DNA of 63,622 bases, counting the filler, from Chiloscyllium plagiosum (taxonomy: Eukaryota): NCBI RefSeq assembly GCF_004010195.1. It is 3 parts of one record of this genome, joined end to end, with 100 filler letters (N's around TTAATTAATTAA, not from the genome) between each part and the next. Parts side by side here need not be neighbours in the genome. Positions count along the whole stretch, not along the records: positions 59,425 to 63,622 come from NC_057714.1; 2 more parts are not named here. One strand, 5' to 3'. Shown piece by piece: positions 63,190 through 63,622 of the stretch; the stretch's first letter is position 1; the number at the start of each line of letters is the position of its first letter. The notes beneath the pieces are model-generated. The model saw only the letters and a list, made by a program, of their open reading frames with translations. It ran no database searches and had not been told where the DNA came from. The translations under genes were made by a program, and so were the position numbers.

Positions 63190-63622
63190 GAGTTTAATCA
63201 GAAGATTGGGAAGGCTACAAAAACAAACAGAGGATAACAAAGAGAGAAATAAGGAAGGAGAGGATCAAATATGAAGGTAGGCTAGCCAGTAATATTAGAA
63301 GTGATAGTAAAAGTTTCTTTCAATACATAAGAAACAAACGACAGGCAAGAGTAGACATTGGGCCACTTCAAACTGTTGCTGGAAGCCTAGTGATGGGAGA
63401 TAAGGAAATAGCAGGAGAACTTAACACGTACTTTGCGTCAGTCTTCACAGTGGAAGACATGAGTAATATCCCAACAATGAAAGGCAGTTAGGTGGCTGAG
63501 TTGAATATGGTTGCCATTACAAAAGAGAAAGTGCTAGAAAAACTAAAAGGTCTTAAAATTGATAAATCTACTGGCCCTGATGGGCTACATCCTAGAGTTC
63601 TGAGGGAGGTGGCTAAGGAAAT
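63190..63622 (+). mobile_element. CR1 LINE ORF2 fragment running off the window end
   Basis: LNTYFASVFTVED and LKIDKSTGPDGLHPRVLREVA. Confidence 0.9.

Overview
Eukaryotic, repeat-rich vertebrate DNA. The repeat content (HE1-type V-SINEs, HER1/CR1 LINEs, Deu-domain SINEs, abundant Penelope-like elements) points to a cartilaginous fish, probably a shark. Most of the window is decayed retroelements: CR1 LINEs, two large Penelope-like element (PLE) bodies, many short PLE terminal-repeat (pLTR) insertions, SINEs, a TA-flanked MITE, and Harbinger and Gypsy relics. There are three assembly gaps, two carrying an artificial TTAATTAATTAA linker. The only host gene I recognise is the first coding exon of GTPBP4/NOG1 (minus strand, 62056-62103). 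It sits in a CpG island, has an apparent GC splice donor, and has an alternating A/B minisatellite just upstream. I found no intact downstream GTPBP4 exon. The strongest hidden signal is a set of minimal type-I hammerhead ribozyme motifs (CUGANGA-A-stem II-GAAA, loop-less palindromic helix III) in at least five PLE terminus variants, with compensatory changes in stems I and II. They occur in tandem, as fold-back pairs and as solo TSD-flanked mini-insertions. All calls were made by eye; no database search or folding program was run, and repeat boundaries are approximate.
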